Source of the DNA: Chara braunii
Taxonomy: Eukaryota > Plantae > Charophyceae
Length of the DNA: 64,000 nucleotides
Direction of reading: 5' to 3'
Assembly: GCA_003427395.1 (NCBI GenBank)
Contig: BFEA01000020.1
Coordinates: forward strand, 1,874,317 to 1,938,316
The position numbers and the translations under genes were made by a program. The notes beneath the pieces are model-generated. The model saw nothing but the letters and a program-made list of their open reading frames with translations, searched no databases and was not told the origin of the DNA. Positions 13,924 through 26,660 of the stretch are shown one piece after another (the first letter of the stretch is position 1; the number at the start of each line of letters is the position of its first letter).

Positions 13924-14284
13924 TTTCGTCCAAACCCTCTAACCCTGATGTCCCCTACAAATGGTGTCAGCTATGTTGATCTCACACCACCCCATCGTTG
14001 ATGACATTTGTCCGAAGGAGGGAGCAAAGGCATACAAGAAGGTCAGTAAGAGACCAGATGCAGCTAGGTTTGACTTTCACTAGCTGCAGATCCAGTGAGG
14101 CGGTATGGATCATCCATATGAGGTCTGCCTCCTTTCTATCATCGAAGAGAATATAGAGGTCATTGTCTGCTATTCGGCATGAGCCTGAGCCAACTCTCAG
14201 CATGGACTTGGCTTCTACCTCATAGTGAGAAGTGATGAATTATTTGGCTTCTTTTAGACTAAAATCCCCTTTCCCTTCTGAGTC

Positions 14285-16680
14285 CTAATGCAGCCGCCAT
14301 CCGTGCAGTGTGACCTCCCCCCTTCCTTGGGCATGGTCACTCTGTTCAGCCGGGGAGAGGCCGATTTCCCATCTACCATTTTGTTTTCTTAATGGGATTG
14401 CTAGGCCTTTATTTCCAACAGGGAGGGGGCCGTGCGAGAGACCTTTATCAATCAGATGGCGTAAATGCGGTCTGCGGGCCAGCTCTGGATCCTCTGTATC
14501 TCTCGCCAGGGTAGGTATTCGTGACGGAGGGGGAGATGAAGGCAGGGTGGTGTTTGTGTGACACTGGGTTGAGGGGGGAGCAGGCAAGGTAGCTGAAGGT
14601 GTGGAGGGTGTCGGGACAAGGGGATGGGGTATCATCAGTGACTGGTCAAGGGCAGGGGGGGGGGGGGGGGGGGGTGGAGAAGAGGGAGTAGGGGGAGCGA
14701 GGGGAGGGGGCACACTTGTCGCTGGCTGAGATACAATCTCCGATGAAGAGGAAGGCCCATCTGATGAAGGGGGGGGAGGGTGGAGCTGGTTATGCACGAT
14801 GCACCACACGCGGTGCCAGGTTTCTTTTGGGTTTGCTGTGTGAGGCAGCCCGTGTTCCAAAACATGTCTTAGGCTCGGGCTGCCGTTTAGCAACGTGGCG
14901 AGATCTATGTATGCCTGGTCCCAAAACTCCACTGGCAAGTGGCTGTACAGGGTCTTGAAGCAATCGAAGAGCCATTCTGTCAGGGTCTTCATCCCGTCTC
15001 CTCCTCCCCCTTGTGATTCGGGGGGCGGGTCTGTCATGATGATGTCTGGGGGGAGAGCAGGGGGGGTTGGTGATTCTGGCGCCTCCAAGTCCATGGGTTG
15101 TGGTCCAAAAATCTGTTGGAAGGGATCCCCTTCCTGGGAGAAGCCGAAGGCTGACGTGGTCTCCCCTCGTTCCTTGTCTTTGTCATCCTTTTTCTGCGGT
15201 GCCGTCCCTACCCCCTCATGTTCCATCCTACCCCGTCTGTCTTGGTCCACCAGTGCGGTAACTTCCTTTGTCTGCTCCATGTTAGCCATGTTGGCCTGTC
15301 CCTGCCCTGTCAATGCTTCGAAACGGTTCGGATTCCGCACTCCATTCTTCTTTACAAGAGTACTACTTTTAGCCTGCTTGCCTTTCTGTGTCAGCGGTAT
15401 CCAGGTTGCAGGTAATTTTTTAGCAGAGGCGACCTTTGCCGATTTTTTAGGGGGGACTATTTGCCATATTTGTGTTGCATCTGCCTTCTCCACGTAGCGT
15501 TCGGAGCGCGGTTCTTGCAGTTCCCCGTGAGCCTTGGGGGCCGGGGGCTTTTGTTTCTCCCCCAGGTGCTCTTTGACGGAGTGTGGTGGTTTCCAATGAT
15601 TCGGTGGCCTGCTATCCAAGTTGACTGCCTCTTTCTTTTCCCATACCCACCCGACGTGACCCCTTTCTATTGCCTCGTTGACATAAACCCACCCTTCGTG
15701 TCCCGAATCTACCGTCCACCATTGTGTTGTTTTGAATGGGTCCCGAATGAGACGACCTGTAGCTTTGATGCGTTTTGTCAAATGGTGCAGACAGTCCGCT
15801 TCGGAGGCCCTGTGACCGTATGATTGACATTTGAAACACCAGGGGCGCATTTTGTGCGCAATGTGGATTTTGAAATCCTTGCCCCCAATCCTGAAGGGAT
15901 CACATCATCAATCTGAAAGACCTGTCCTACTGGCAGGGCCAAAACTATCATCAAATAATCGTCTCGCAGTGCCACGTACGTTGCCAGAGGATCGATAAAA
16001 TAAACTATATCATATTTTCGTGCGAGGTCTTGCACAAAAGCCGCCTGAATTTCGATCGGAATATGGCGGTATTCCACCCAGTAATAGTCTTCCATGAGCT
16101 GTTCTCGTTTTTCTTCTTTGCTTTGTTGTTTGTAAGGTGACCATAGGTAAATACGAACCTCCGAACGCCCACACCGCACATTCCACCAAGTGTCCATCAG
16201 ACGTTTGTCAGCATCAAACATGCATATTACTATAAAAACCGAAGGTGAGATCGGCTGGATCAGAAAGAAATCCCTTGCCCCTTCTTCACTTCCTTTGAGG
16301 GTTGCGAGTCTCTTTCTGATCCAACCAATTTTATCGTTGGACGACTTGTATGTGGCGTCGTCGTAGAACATCCAATTGCTAGTGTGACGGGTGTATAGCT
16401 CATCTCTTTCTTTGATCTTTGACATGGGGAGTGTCTTGACTTGCTGTTTTTTGCCCCCATAGTCTTCTGAGTTTGTGAGCAGTTTAGACAAGAAGAATGT
16501 GCTAGTAGTTGTGAGATTTTCGAGTGGAATCTGCCAGTTTTGTGCGCCAGACTCTCCTTCTCCTCGTGGGACAGATAAGGATTCCCCAGCATATACCCGT
16601 TTAACCTTGTCTGCCCATGAGGAGGAGGAAGTTGCTGTGTTGTTTCCGGATTCAATTCTTTCTTTTGTTAGCAGCATTTG
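14285..16680 (-). pseudogene. LINE-1 ORF1 (nucleic-acid-binding protein with CCHC-type knuckle), frameshift near 15850
   Basis: SWADKVK N-terminal motif, YWVEYRHIP, knuckle CFKCQSYGHRASEADC and a proline-rich C-terminus. Confidence 0.8.
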
Positions 16681-16960
16681 GGCGGGGCCTGGGAATTCTG
16701 AAAGGATTCGCGTTGCGAACACCCCAGTTCCAGTCCCAGAGTCCCAAAGTGTCCTGGTCCCAAACTGTCCCAGTAGTGTAGGTCGTACGGTCCCTAGGCT
16801 GAAGCGTCGTCGGTTGGAGAAGTCCAATCCAGTCCAGTCCAACAGTCCCAAGTCCAATTTTGCAGCATGTCCCAGGAAAGTCCGAAAAGTACCGGAGAGA
16901 CAAAATGTTTGCACCAGACAGGCCGCGGCCGACCGGTACCGGTCTGAACCAGGCCACGCC

Positions 16961-19438
16961 GAGTCAAGTCCTGTATTTAGCTGCTACAGTGCAGCGGCTC
17001 ATCACTTGTTCACTTTGTGAGATGCGGAAGCGCTGCTGCCGCTTGTGTGTTAAGGCAACTCGGGCACCTCGAGCCGAAGGAAGAAGAGCGTGCTCGAGTG
17101 TTACTCCATATCTAGGGAAGAATAGAGGTAGGGAGGAGGGCGGCCATAGCCGCCAAGGTTGAAGCTTACCTGAGTGGGTGGATCCAGGGTAACGATCTAG
17201 ACTAGAGAGAAGAGAGGGAGATAAGAGTGAGGTAGAGCGAGCCAACTCACAGAGAGAAGCCATAGCTGCCATTTGGTTGAGATCCGTGGGTGTGTGTGTG
17301 TGTGCGTGGCAAAGCCTCTAGAGACAAACATTTCTTGTATATTGATAGTAAATTTGGAGACGACATCTTCATGTGTTGATTGTAACTCGGTTTGGCTTCT
17401 CACGTGTGAACTCTCATGAGATTGTTCATTTATGTATCCGAGGTGGAACTTGACAAGTACTTGGTTCATTTCAGTGGTATCGGAGCTGGTTCCCCCTGCA
17501 TCCACTTAGAGTGAGGCGCTGGCAAGGAAGAAGGTCGGTGGGCGATTAAAAAAAAAAAAAAAAAAAAAAAGAGATTAGGGTTAACTGCAAGTGCCAAAGT
17601 AGCAGGGGCCGAATTTGAGGGGCATACCTACTATCGTGGAGCTTCACCGACGGAGCGCTGAAGACTAGTGAAGAGCTTCTTGCCCTGGCCTTGTCAATTC
17701 TGCATTTCTTTCTGTTGTGAATGGTACCTTCCCGAGTACTTTCCTGGAGACCTCTGCTGCAAGTCGATTGTTGTTGATGTCATCTCATCGTCGAGTCAGC
17801 AGTCGCACTTATTGTCGTCAATTTGTATTGGTGAGTCAGAGAACGATCTCTCCTGGAGGAAAGGCTCCTCCCTCTTGTGGGTGAAGTGGTTAGGGTTGTC
17901 GGGCTACCTGGGGGCATAGGTACGCATTGAGACACTAATCCCGTGAGAGTGAAAGTTTTGTGTGTGTTGTAGGTCGGTCTAGGGTAGGAACTCGCCAGCT
18001 GGATGTATCTTTCGACAAAGTACGAAGCACAGGCAAGAGTAGGAGACGCTCGTAAAACCACCTGTCTAGCCCTACGACCGGTACTGACCGGCGTGCGACT
18101 GAAAGCTGACAAGACGCAGTGAGGAGTAAGCCAGGGAGACGTAAGGTAAAGTAGGGGTGAGACGTAAGGTCCACCAGGGAAGGACGCCAGGGAGATCCCC
18201 AAGGACTGGTACTGACCTGCTGGCAGATCATCTGGTGGTAGTTATACTCGAACCTTGTGGTGAACAGCGAGGAATCTGTCTAAAGTGTTGAGAGCAATCC
18301 TTCATAATGGTGGGCACAATGTTCTGTTTGCGTCGTTAAATAATTCATGAGGTCTGTGTTGACTGCCCTTAAACTGCTGGTTCCCACCAGCTGTTAGGAG
18401 AGTTGTAGTGACAGACGTGCGAAGGGAAGTAGATGAGTCAGACCCTGACTTACATTAGGATTAGTATAAGTGTTGATTGCTACGTATTGAGGAGTAGGCC
18501 TAAGTGGTGAGGAGGTGGAGTCAATTTACATGTGCTGACCCTCGCCATGGACGACTACCCGATGTTCGGCTTCCTTGCCCCATCCGTGGAATTGGGGCCC
18601 ATACGTCATTTCTCTTCCCACTGGGGTTCGCCCAAACCTTCGAAATGCATGTCGTGAGCCGATCTTGAGCATCCACAGACCGTTGAACAGCAGGCTGAGA
18701 TTGATAGGAGGTTGGCAGAGAAGAAGGAGGAGGAGGAGGAGAAAAAGGAGGAGAAAAAAGAGAAGAAAGAGGAAGAGAAAGATAGACTGGAGAAGGACAA
18801 AAGGGAAAGAGACACTGGAGAAGGAGAGAAGGGAATTGGAGGAAAATTTAAAAATATTGGACCAGCATAAGCCCGAAGTTGAAGTAGTAGTAGTAGTAGT
18901 GGTAGTAGTAGTAGAAAAAGAAGAAGAAGAAGAAGAAGAAGAAGAAGAAGAAGAAGAAGAAGCGGAGGAGGAGGAAAGCTTGGAGAGAAGGAGAGGAGTA
19001 AGACCTAACGGAGCGGAGAGTAGCCAAGCCGGACAATTGAGGATCATTCAGCCAGACGATGAGGATTGGGTGGCGGAATTTGGATTCCATATTGAAATGT
19101 CGAATGAGTAAGAGAAGGAAAGGGAGGAGTTTGCAACAAGATTGGAGGCTGCCGCTGATGGTGAAGAAAGATACCTGCTGATTGCAGAAAGAAATAGTGT
19201 CCTCCACCAGCGACTGCTAACCTAGAAGACGAAGGAGTTTGATGAGAAGAGGAGGATGAAGGAGGAAGGGGAGAAACTCCAGCAGCAGTTGAGGAAGCAG
19301 CGAGGTAAGGAAGTGGAAGTTAAGGAAAGCCTGACCCTCGTAACTAACGCCCTGTTGCATACTGCCCGGGAGCTGACCGCTCTGCAGAAAACTGATGGAA
19401 AAATTGAATGCCACCAGGACGAGTTTCAGGGAACCTAA
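16961..19438 (+). mobile_element. LTR retrotransposon B, 5' remnant (LTR end, PBS, leader, start of gag-like coiled-coil ORF)
   Basis: LTR end ...TTCATTTCA (17473) followed by the PBS. Arg/Glu-rich coiled-coil ORFs at 18575-19111 and 19256-19438. Truncated by another LTR. Confidence 0.65.
17475..17486 (+). promoter_or_regulatory. Primer-binding site (tRNA-iMet-like, 1 mismatch)
   Basis: TGGTATCGGAGC directly after CA+G. Confidence 0.75.
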
Positions 19439-19439
19439 A

Positions 19440-20567
19440 ACTTCCTCTCTGCCTCCTCCCACAACATTGATGACCGGGTTATCGACTACGCCCATCAACG
19501 AGACACTTCTTTCACCCACTTTGGGGCACAACAAGGTGCAGAAGATAGCAGGGTGCTCAGCTTGCTTCTGCACTCGTTAATTGATTGACCCCTCAACACA
19601 CGCTTTGGCCGACACCTGAGCGTCGAATGCGATCCCACTTTCGGAACGGGTCGCATGGTTATGGGCACCACATAGTACTCCATCATTGCGACTGTTTGCG
19701 TATGCATGGCTAGTCAATATGAGGAAGCCCTACATCACCGCATTTTTATTCAAAGTCTCGCATGCGACGTATGCATGTGCATGCATTGAAATAGTTATGG
19801 GTTGAGCGGAAAAAAAAAGGGACTAGGCACGATTTGAACATGAGGTTAAAGTTTTTCTGTATCGCGTGGTTAGACTGGTTATCCTAGTCGACTGGCAAAG
19901 GATTGCGCTTGGGAGATCAGCGCCTCAAGCGTCGGTTCACGTATGGGTCTAATTCGAACGTTAACCACGCGTACCCCCTATGCTACAATGAACGAGAAAC
20001 ACCCTCTGTTGGGCCACCTCTGTGATCGCATACGAAAAACTTTCGTACGTGGTCCGGTAGCTCAACGGGGATACGCCCACTTAAGGGATGGTGATAGCTC
20101 CCACAGGTGGAGGTAAGTTGTACCTCACGTGACCCTATCCTGTCGTAGGGGTTCACAAAAGGTATGGCTGGCGCACTCGGCCGGAGCGGCACCGCTCCTT
20201 GAACGCTTTGCGTCGCAAACTGCCAAAATCCTGCGTGACGTGGTCGGGAGCGTGCGGGACCAATGCGCTCAACAACGCGCCCAACCACCCAACGCCCAAT
20301 GAGGTGTTCCCTACTTGCTGATAGGCTGAGAGGCCTGCTTCCACGTTGAGGGGAGAAGAGCCTAGAAGGCTCACTGAAGACTCTGCTGCTCGTGAGCAGG
20401 GCGTCCATAACCGTATGGTGCATGGTAACTGTCTGGCGCCCATAAGGGCTGGCAAAATTTTCAATATTTAGGCGACTTTGAGATACGTGGCCCGCCTTCA
20501 CTTAGGGCGAACACGATGCTTGCAAGGGTGCCCCCTTACAGGCATGTCAAGGACTCGTATCCTTGCA
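19440..20567 (-). repeat. LTR remnant (family C)
   Basis: About 20300-20567 matches about 47960-48208, which starts right after the chromovirus polypurine tract. About 19540-20288 matches 52351-53130 inverted. Minus-strand start is TGCAAGG. Confidence 0.7.
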
Positions 20568-21059
20568 CAATCTATAAAAAGAAAAGTAAAGGGCAGAAGG
20601 CAACATACCTAACACAAAAGGCTCCATCGGCAAGAAAGCACCGACTAGATTCCGCAATAGTCTGAAAACACTTAGAGAGCCTTCCGAGCCAGTCCACAAG
20701 CACAACAGCACTGGCAATCCTTTTCCTCCCAAACGACCCACTCACGCCACCACTATCTCTATCACTCTATGGCTAGACAGTGCCCATCTACTATCTAGCC
20801 TCTGGAATGTATAAAGTACCATAATCCCAAACATCACTAGATCTTCATGCGACACCAGGAGGGCTACTGCTTAAAACACCCTGGAAGTCCCCGTTTCTTC
20901 CATGTGCTCCAGAAGAGCAGCCCATGGAAATGCCAAACACGGCAGACACCCTCTGAGCCTCCTCACCAAGCTACTGTGGCCAAAACTCCAAGCACACATT
21001 CACAAAATCTCCACGTGACACCAGGAGCACTACTGCTTAAAACACCATTGAAGCACCAT

Positions 21060-23177
21060 TGTACTGACCTGACCAAACACGGACTGAGACACAGCTGATT
21101 TCTGAGTTTTGCTCATGGAATGAATGCCTTGGTGAGTTTCCTGCTTGTTACTGAGTTCTCTAAGTCTGTGTGTGTGCATGCTTGCTGGTCTGCATGTCTG
21201 TCTGAGTGCTTGTTGGCTTGAGTGTGTGTGTGACCCGCAAGAGCACTTGTTCGTTCAGTGGGCCCGAAGGGCTGGTACTTACCTGAGGCCATGACATTGA
21301 GGACTGCCGCAGGGGAAAACACTCGAGTGGCAGGGGAAGAGGCCCACGACACTTGAAGCAGCGGGAAAACACTCGAGTAGCAGGTAGGCCGGTACCACAC
21401 CAGGTAGAGTGAAACAGTTTTCACCTTTGGCAGTAGCCGATGCAGATCCCAGGGGTCGATCCCTTGACCTCAGCTTACCTGTGTACAGTATCTGCACAGN
21501 NNNNNNNNNNNNNNNNNNNNNNNNNNNNNNNNNNNNNNNNNNNNNNNNNNNNNNNNNNNNNNNNNNNNNNNNNNNNNNNNNNNNNNNNNNNNNNNNNNNN
21601 NNNNNNNNNNNNNNNNNNNNNNNNNNNNNNNNNNNNNNNNNNNNNNNNNNNNNNNNNNNNNNNNNNNNNNNNNNNNNNNNNNNNNNNNNNNNNNNNNNNN
21701 NNNNNNNNNNNNNNNNNNNNNNNNNNNNNNNNNNNNNNNNNNNNNNNNNNNNNNNNNNNNNNNNNNNNNNNNNNNNNNNNNNNNNNNNNNNNNNNNNNNN
21801 NNNNNNNNNNNNNNNNNNNNNNNNNNNNNNNNNNNNNNNNNNNNNNNNNNNNNNNNNNNNNNNNNNNNNNNNNNNNNNNNNNNNNNNNNNNNNNNNNNNN
21901 NNNNNNNNNNNNNNNNNNNNNNNNNNNNNNNNNNNNNNNNNNNNNNNNNNNNNNNNNNNNNNNNNNNNNNNNNNNNNNNNNNNNNNNNNNNNNNNNNNNN
22001 NNNNNNNNNNNNNNNNNNNNNNNNNNNNNNNNNNNNNNNNNNNNNNNNNNNNNNNNNNNNNNNNNNNNNNNNNNNNNNNNNNNNNNNNNTGTAGTTAGTA
22101 GTGAGTGTGTGTGTGTGCTCGAGTGTTAGAGTGATGCGTGTGGGATATCCAGGGTGATCCAGTGTATGTGAACAGTGAGATGTTTGGGCGCTGAGGTCGC
22201 CATAGCCAATTGGGAGTGAAATTCGTATCTGAAAACCATATCTCTGAGTTTTGAGTGGGCGCATGTCGCCAGTATGTTGCGTTACTGTTTACATGTGTGA
22301 AAAGTGTGTTTGAAAACGAGTCTGATTGCAAGAGGTAGATGTGCTGGGTACTCGAGGCCGAGCAGAAGAAGACAAAAGTTGGCATTTTAGAGGCCCAGTA
22401 GTTGTAGGCTAGGTCTAGGCGGGTACCAATCCAACCAGTCTGAGTCTAGGCCCTGTACGGGCAATATCAGAGTCTGCAAAGATGTTTCCCTCCGAAAGGA
22501 AGGAGGTACGGGTTGCTTGGAGGCCGTGCGGCCTACGAAGTCACTCGCCAAGAAGCAAGCGCCGCTATATCTCCAGGAGGAGCCAGTCGCTCCTCCTCAT
22601 TGGCGGTGTGCAAGTTTGGCGACACACTGGTTGGAGCGCTGGCTGGAGCAGCGCTAGTATCAGCTGTGCTGCTGGGGAAGGAGCAAGGACACGGAGGAGG
22701 AAGAAGACCAGGACTAGGAAGGGGCGCGCCAGAGGTACTTACCTGGCTATGGTGGTTGCCATCTTCATCACCTTGGTGGGCGCTGGAGCAGGAAGGCCCC
22801 GTTGGGGCAGAGCTACACCAAGAAGCTTTGAGGCAGAGTCAGGCATGGCGGCCTGAGCTAGAGCAGCCATAGCTGCTTTGTGTTGTCCTTTGGACAGCAG
22901 GGTGATGCCCCGGTAGTCCGCCATAGCCTCGGCCTATGAGAGAGAAGAGGGAGAGGGCGACCATGGCTATGGTGGACCTCAAGTGATACCTGCAGTAGAA
23001 GAGGGAATCGGACATTGATTCAGGATCAGCCATTCAACATTGTTATTATTATTCTTGTTTGAATAAGAGGGGAGAAGATAAGGAGGAGGAGAGTGGTTGG
23101 CGAAGAAGAAGAGCATTATCATTGGTCTATGCTGGTGTACATCATCTTCTTCTTCTTTCTTTCTTCTTCTTCTTCTT

Positions 23178-23209
<32 letters not shown>

Positions 23210-23307
23210 CCTCTCTCTACTCTCAAGTTCATTCATTTGGTTTTGCAATTGGACGGCATTGTACTTTCTGATGAATGTGTACTTCGAAATTGGCCAGGAT
23301 CATAACA
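21060..23307 (+). repeat. LTR of family A (solo LTR or collapsed assembly), opposite orientation to Gypsy A
   Basis: TGTACTGA...TCATAACA termini, with long reverse-complement similarity to 7340-8708. Spans an N gap and has no matching TSD. Confidence 0.8.
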
Positions 23308-23849
23308 CCTCCATCTTCCATGTGCTCCAAAAGGGCAGCCCGTGGGAGTGACACCCACAGCAAAGACTCTCTGAGCCTCCTCGTGAAGATATCGTGACCA
23401 TCACTCCAAACAAACATTCCCGCCCAAAAAAGTTGTGGCCACCCACAAACATGCCTTCATTAACAAAAAGCCCATGCTCTACAGCAGGGCAAAGAATTAG
23501 GCCATGTATGAATAAAGAACAACCAACAAATTATCCAACCAGCTCGCTAGTATACGCCTGATCCTAGCCGCCCAAACATGCCAAAACAGAGAGCTAGCAA
23601 GACCAGAGTGTGTGTTTTTCAACATCTCCAAACTCTCTCTCATTCCATCCACATACCATCGCAAACCATCCATAAACAAAAAAAAGTAAAGATGAGAAAC
23701 ATAATAGAAGGTTTAAGGTTTCCCACTATTGTGTGGTTGAGCGGGAACTGCCTATACACGCGTCTGCCGCCAAAGCGGCACACTTGCACAAATATAAATA
23801 GCTTTTTCAATCTCTAAAAACAAAAGTAAAGGGCAGAAGAGAGTGCGTG

Positions 23850-24543
23850 TGTGTGTGTGTGTTTTAGATTTTCCCCACAACAGCCCCGATTCCACCCAGG
23901 TGAATAGATTCAGAATCAAAGCAGTCTTTGTCCTATTGCAGACAATGAGAGCATTTGAGTTGTCCAATATATTAAAGCAATAATTAGACAGTTTCTTGGT
24001 TGTCCTTGAGGTACCCCTTTCATTGTTCTTGCAGCTCCCCTTTTACTGTGCCTCTTACGCACAAGGCTGCCCACATTGATTGTGGTTGAGCGGCAGCTGC
24101 CCACATTCCCGTGTGCCTTCAAGGCCCACTTGCACGTTATTTCAGGAGGCAGAGTAAAAGGGAAGGTATGCTCCTGTGCATCTCTTCGGAGCTTCATTCT
24201 CCTGTTCATTTCACTTCAGATCTTCAGCTTATACAGTCTTTGTGTCCATCCTTCATCTTCATACTTCCGTTCATTTCATTTCTGATCTTCATATCATCTA
24301 GTCTCTTAATGATGCTCATTTTTATGTATTTGTTAGTAGTACAAAGGGAGTGGAGGGGAGGGTGGAGGGTGGAGGGTAAGGGATAGAAGCCGGAGTTCTC
24401 TAGGAGTATGGGGCAGGGGAGGTAGGGGCAACGGGAAGGAAAGAAATATGTGGAGGGCAGGATAGAGTATGACATGCAAAGAGCAGGGGAGAAGTGTGTG
24501 TGTGCAGGTGTGCGTGTGTGTGTGTGTGCGTGTGTGCGTGTGC

Positions 24544-24609
<66 letters not shown>

Positions 24610-25575
24610 NNNNNNNNNNNNNNNNNNNNNNNNNNNNNNNNNNNNNNNNNNNNNNNNNNNNNNNNNNNNNNNNNNNNNNNNNNNNNNNNNNNNNNNNNNN
24701 NNNNNNNNNNNNNNNNNNNNNNNNNNNNNNNNNNNNNNNNNNNNNNNNNNNNNNNNNNNNNNNNNNNNNNNNNNNNNNNNNNNNNNNNNNNNNNNNNNNN
24801 NNNNNNNNNNNNNNNNNNNNNNNNNNNNNNNNNNNNNNNNNNNNNNNNNNNNNNNNNNNNNNNNNNNNNNNNNNNNNNNNNNNNNNNNNNNNNNNNNNNN
24901 NNNNNNNNNNNNNNNNNNNNNNNNNNNNNNNNNNNNNNNNNNNNNNNNNNNNNNNNNNNNNNNNNNNNNNNNNNNNNNNNNNNNNNNNNNNNNNNNNNNN
25001 NNNNNNNNNNNNNNNNNNNNNNNNNNNNNNNNNNNNNNNNNNNNNNNNNNNNNNNNNNNNNNNNNNNNNNNNNNNNNNNNNNNNNNNNNNNNNNNNNNNN
25101 NNNNNNNNNNNNNNNNNNNNNNNNNNNNNNNNNNNNNNNNNNNNNNNNNNNNNNNNNNNNNNNNNNNNNNNNNNNNNNNNNNNNNNNNNNNNNNNNNNNN
25201 NNNNNNNNNNNNNNNNNNNNNNNNNNNNNNNNNNNNNNNNNNNNNNNNNNNNNNNNNNNNNNNNNNNNNNNNNNNNNNNNNNNNNNNNNNNNNNNNNNNN
25301 NNNNNNNNNNNNNNNNNNNNNNNNNNNNNNNNNNNNNNNNNNNNNNNNNNNNNNNNNNNNNNNNNNNNNNNNNNNNNNNNNNNNNNNNNNNNNNNNNNNN
25401 NNNNNNNNNNNNNNNNNNNNNNNNNNNNNNNNNNNNNNNNNNNNNNNNNNNNNNNNNNNNNNNNNNNNNNNNNNNNNNNNNNNNNNNNNNNNNNNNNNNN
25501 NNNNNNNNNNNNNNNNNNNNNNNNNNNNNNNNNNNNNNNNNNNNNNNNNNNNNNNNNNNNNNNNNNNNNNNNNNN

Positions 25576-25645
<70 letters not shown>

Positions 25646-26127
25646 ATGACAGTTGGATCCAGACTCGACATTGGACTTCAGACATATCGAAGAGGGATTA
25701 TTTGGGATTTGAAACGAGACTTGGTGTTGACGACTTTTCCATCTCCCCCTTCCTCTTCTTCGTCTGATCCCCTCCTCTTCGTCTGTGTATGTCTGGACCT
25801 GGTGCCTCTTTCCTGTGTATAGCGCCAGGCTCCTTCACACCTTGGGATGGACATGATGCATGTTTGGTCTGCGTTTAAACATTGATTGGGCTAGTCATTT
25901 GCATTTTAGCATTCTGCTTCGCTATCTTGTGCTACGTGAATGAGGTCAGTCCCGGTCAGGTCAGGACTTGTATCTAAAGTCTTCCCTGCGCTATAAAGCA
26001 CCATTTTGTATGTATCGGAATGCGCATTGCTTGTTGAGATTCTACTTGCACTGCATTGTCCATTCAGTCCTTTTTATCACATTTTGGATCCTCGGTTATT
26101 ATGTACATCGCCCAACTGGGCATGTAA

Positions 26128-26176
<49 letters not shown>

Positions 26177-26660
26177 GGTGGGTGGGTGTGTGTGGGTGTG
26201 TTTTGAATTTTCACCACAACAGCCCCTATTCCACCCAGATGAGCAGATCCAAAATCAAAGCATATTCAATCCTATTACAGACAATGCAAGCCCTTGAGTT
26301 AAGACAGTCCAACAATGAAACAGTTTCACCTCTATAGCAAGCAACATGAAGTATAATAGAGGCATGTAAACCCCTTTCTTAATTGTGTTCACGGTTGCTT
26401 TCTTTGGGGTACCCCTTTCATTTGTTCTTGCAGCTCCCCTTTTACCGTGCCTCTCAGGTACACGGCTCGCCACGTTGATTGTGGTTGAGTGCGAGCTGCC
26501 CACATCACCGTCTGCCATAACGGCCTCGCCACGTTGATTGTGGTTGAGTGCGAGCTGCCCACATCCCCGTCTGCCATAACGGCCCACTTGCACACTATGA
26601 AAGAAGGCAGAGGCGGAGGTATATTCCTGTTCATTTCTTCTCAGATCTTCAACTTATATT
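23850..26660 (+). repeat. Two diverged copies (about 23850-24230 and 26130-26660) of a repeat starting after a (TG)n tract
   Basis: Shared CCACAACAGCCCC.ATTCCACCCAG and GATTGTGGTTGAG.G..AGCTGCCCACAT blocks. The second copy has an internal 59-bp tandem duplication at about 26462-26584. Confidence 0.7.
25576..25950 (-). mobile_element. 5'-truncated copy of the LINE-2 family 3' UTR ending in (CT)n
   Basis: The reverse complement aligns by eye with about 45190-45505. The (GA)n at 25576-25641 is the tail on the minus strand. Confidence 0.75.

Larger units (their letters stand above)
9700..16960 (-). mobile_element. LINE-1: L1/Tx1-like non-LTR retrotransposon, near full length, decayed
   Basis: ORF1 plus ORF2 (APE endonuclease, RT, C-terminal Cys/His region). 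The 5' region has GTCC(C)A-type short repeats at 16730-16860. Both ends are approximate. Confidence 0.9.

Noticed and set aside
24333-25822. Long ORFs spanning N gaps and microsatellites (also near 7.5, 21.5, 42.6, 46.3 and 61.4 kb)
   Set aside because: Artefacts of N runs and dinucleotide repeats.
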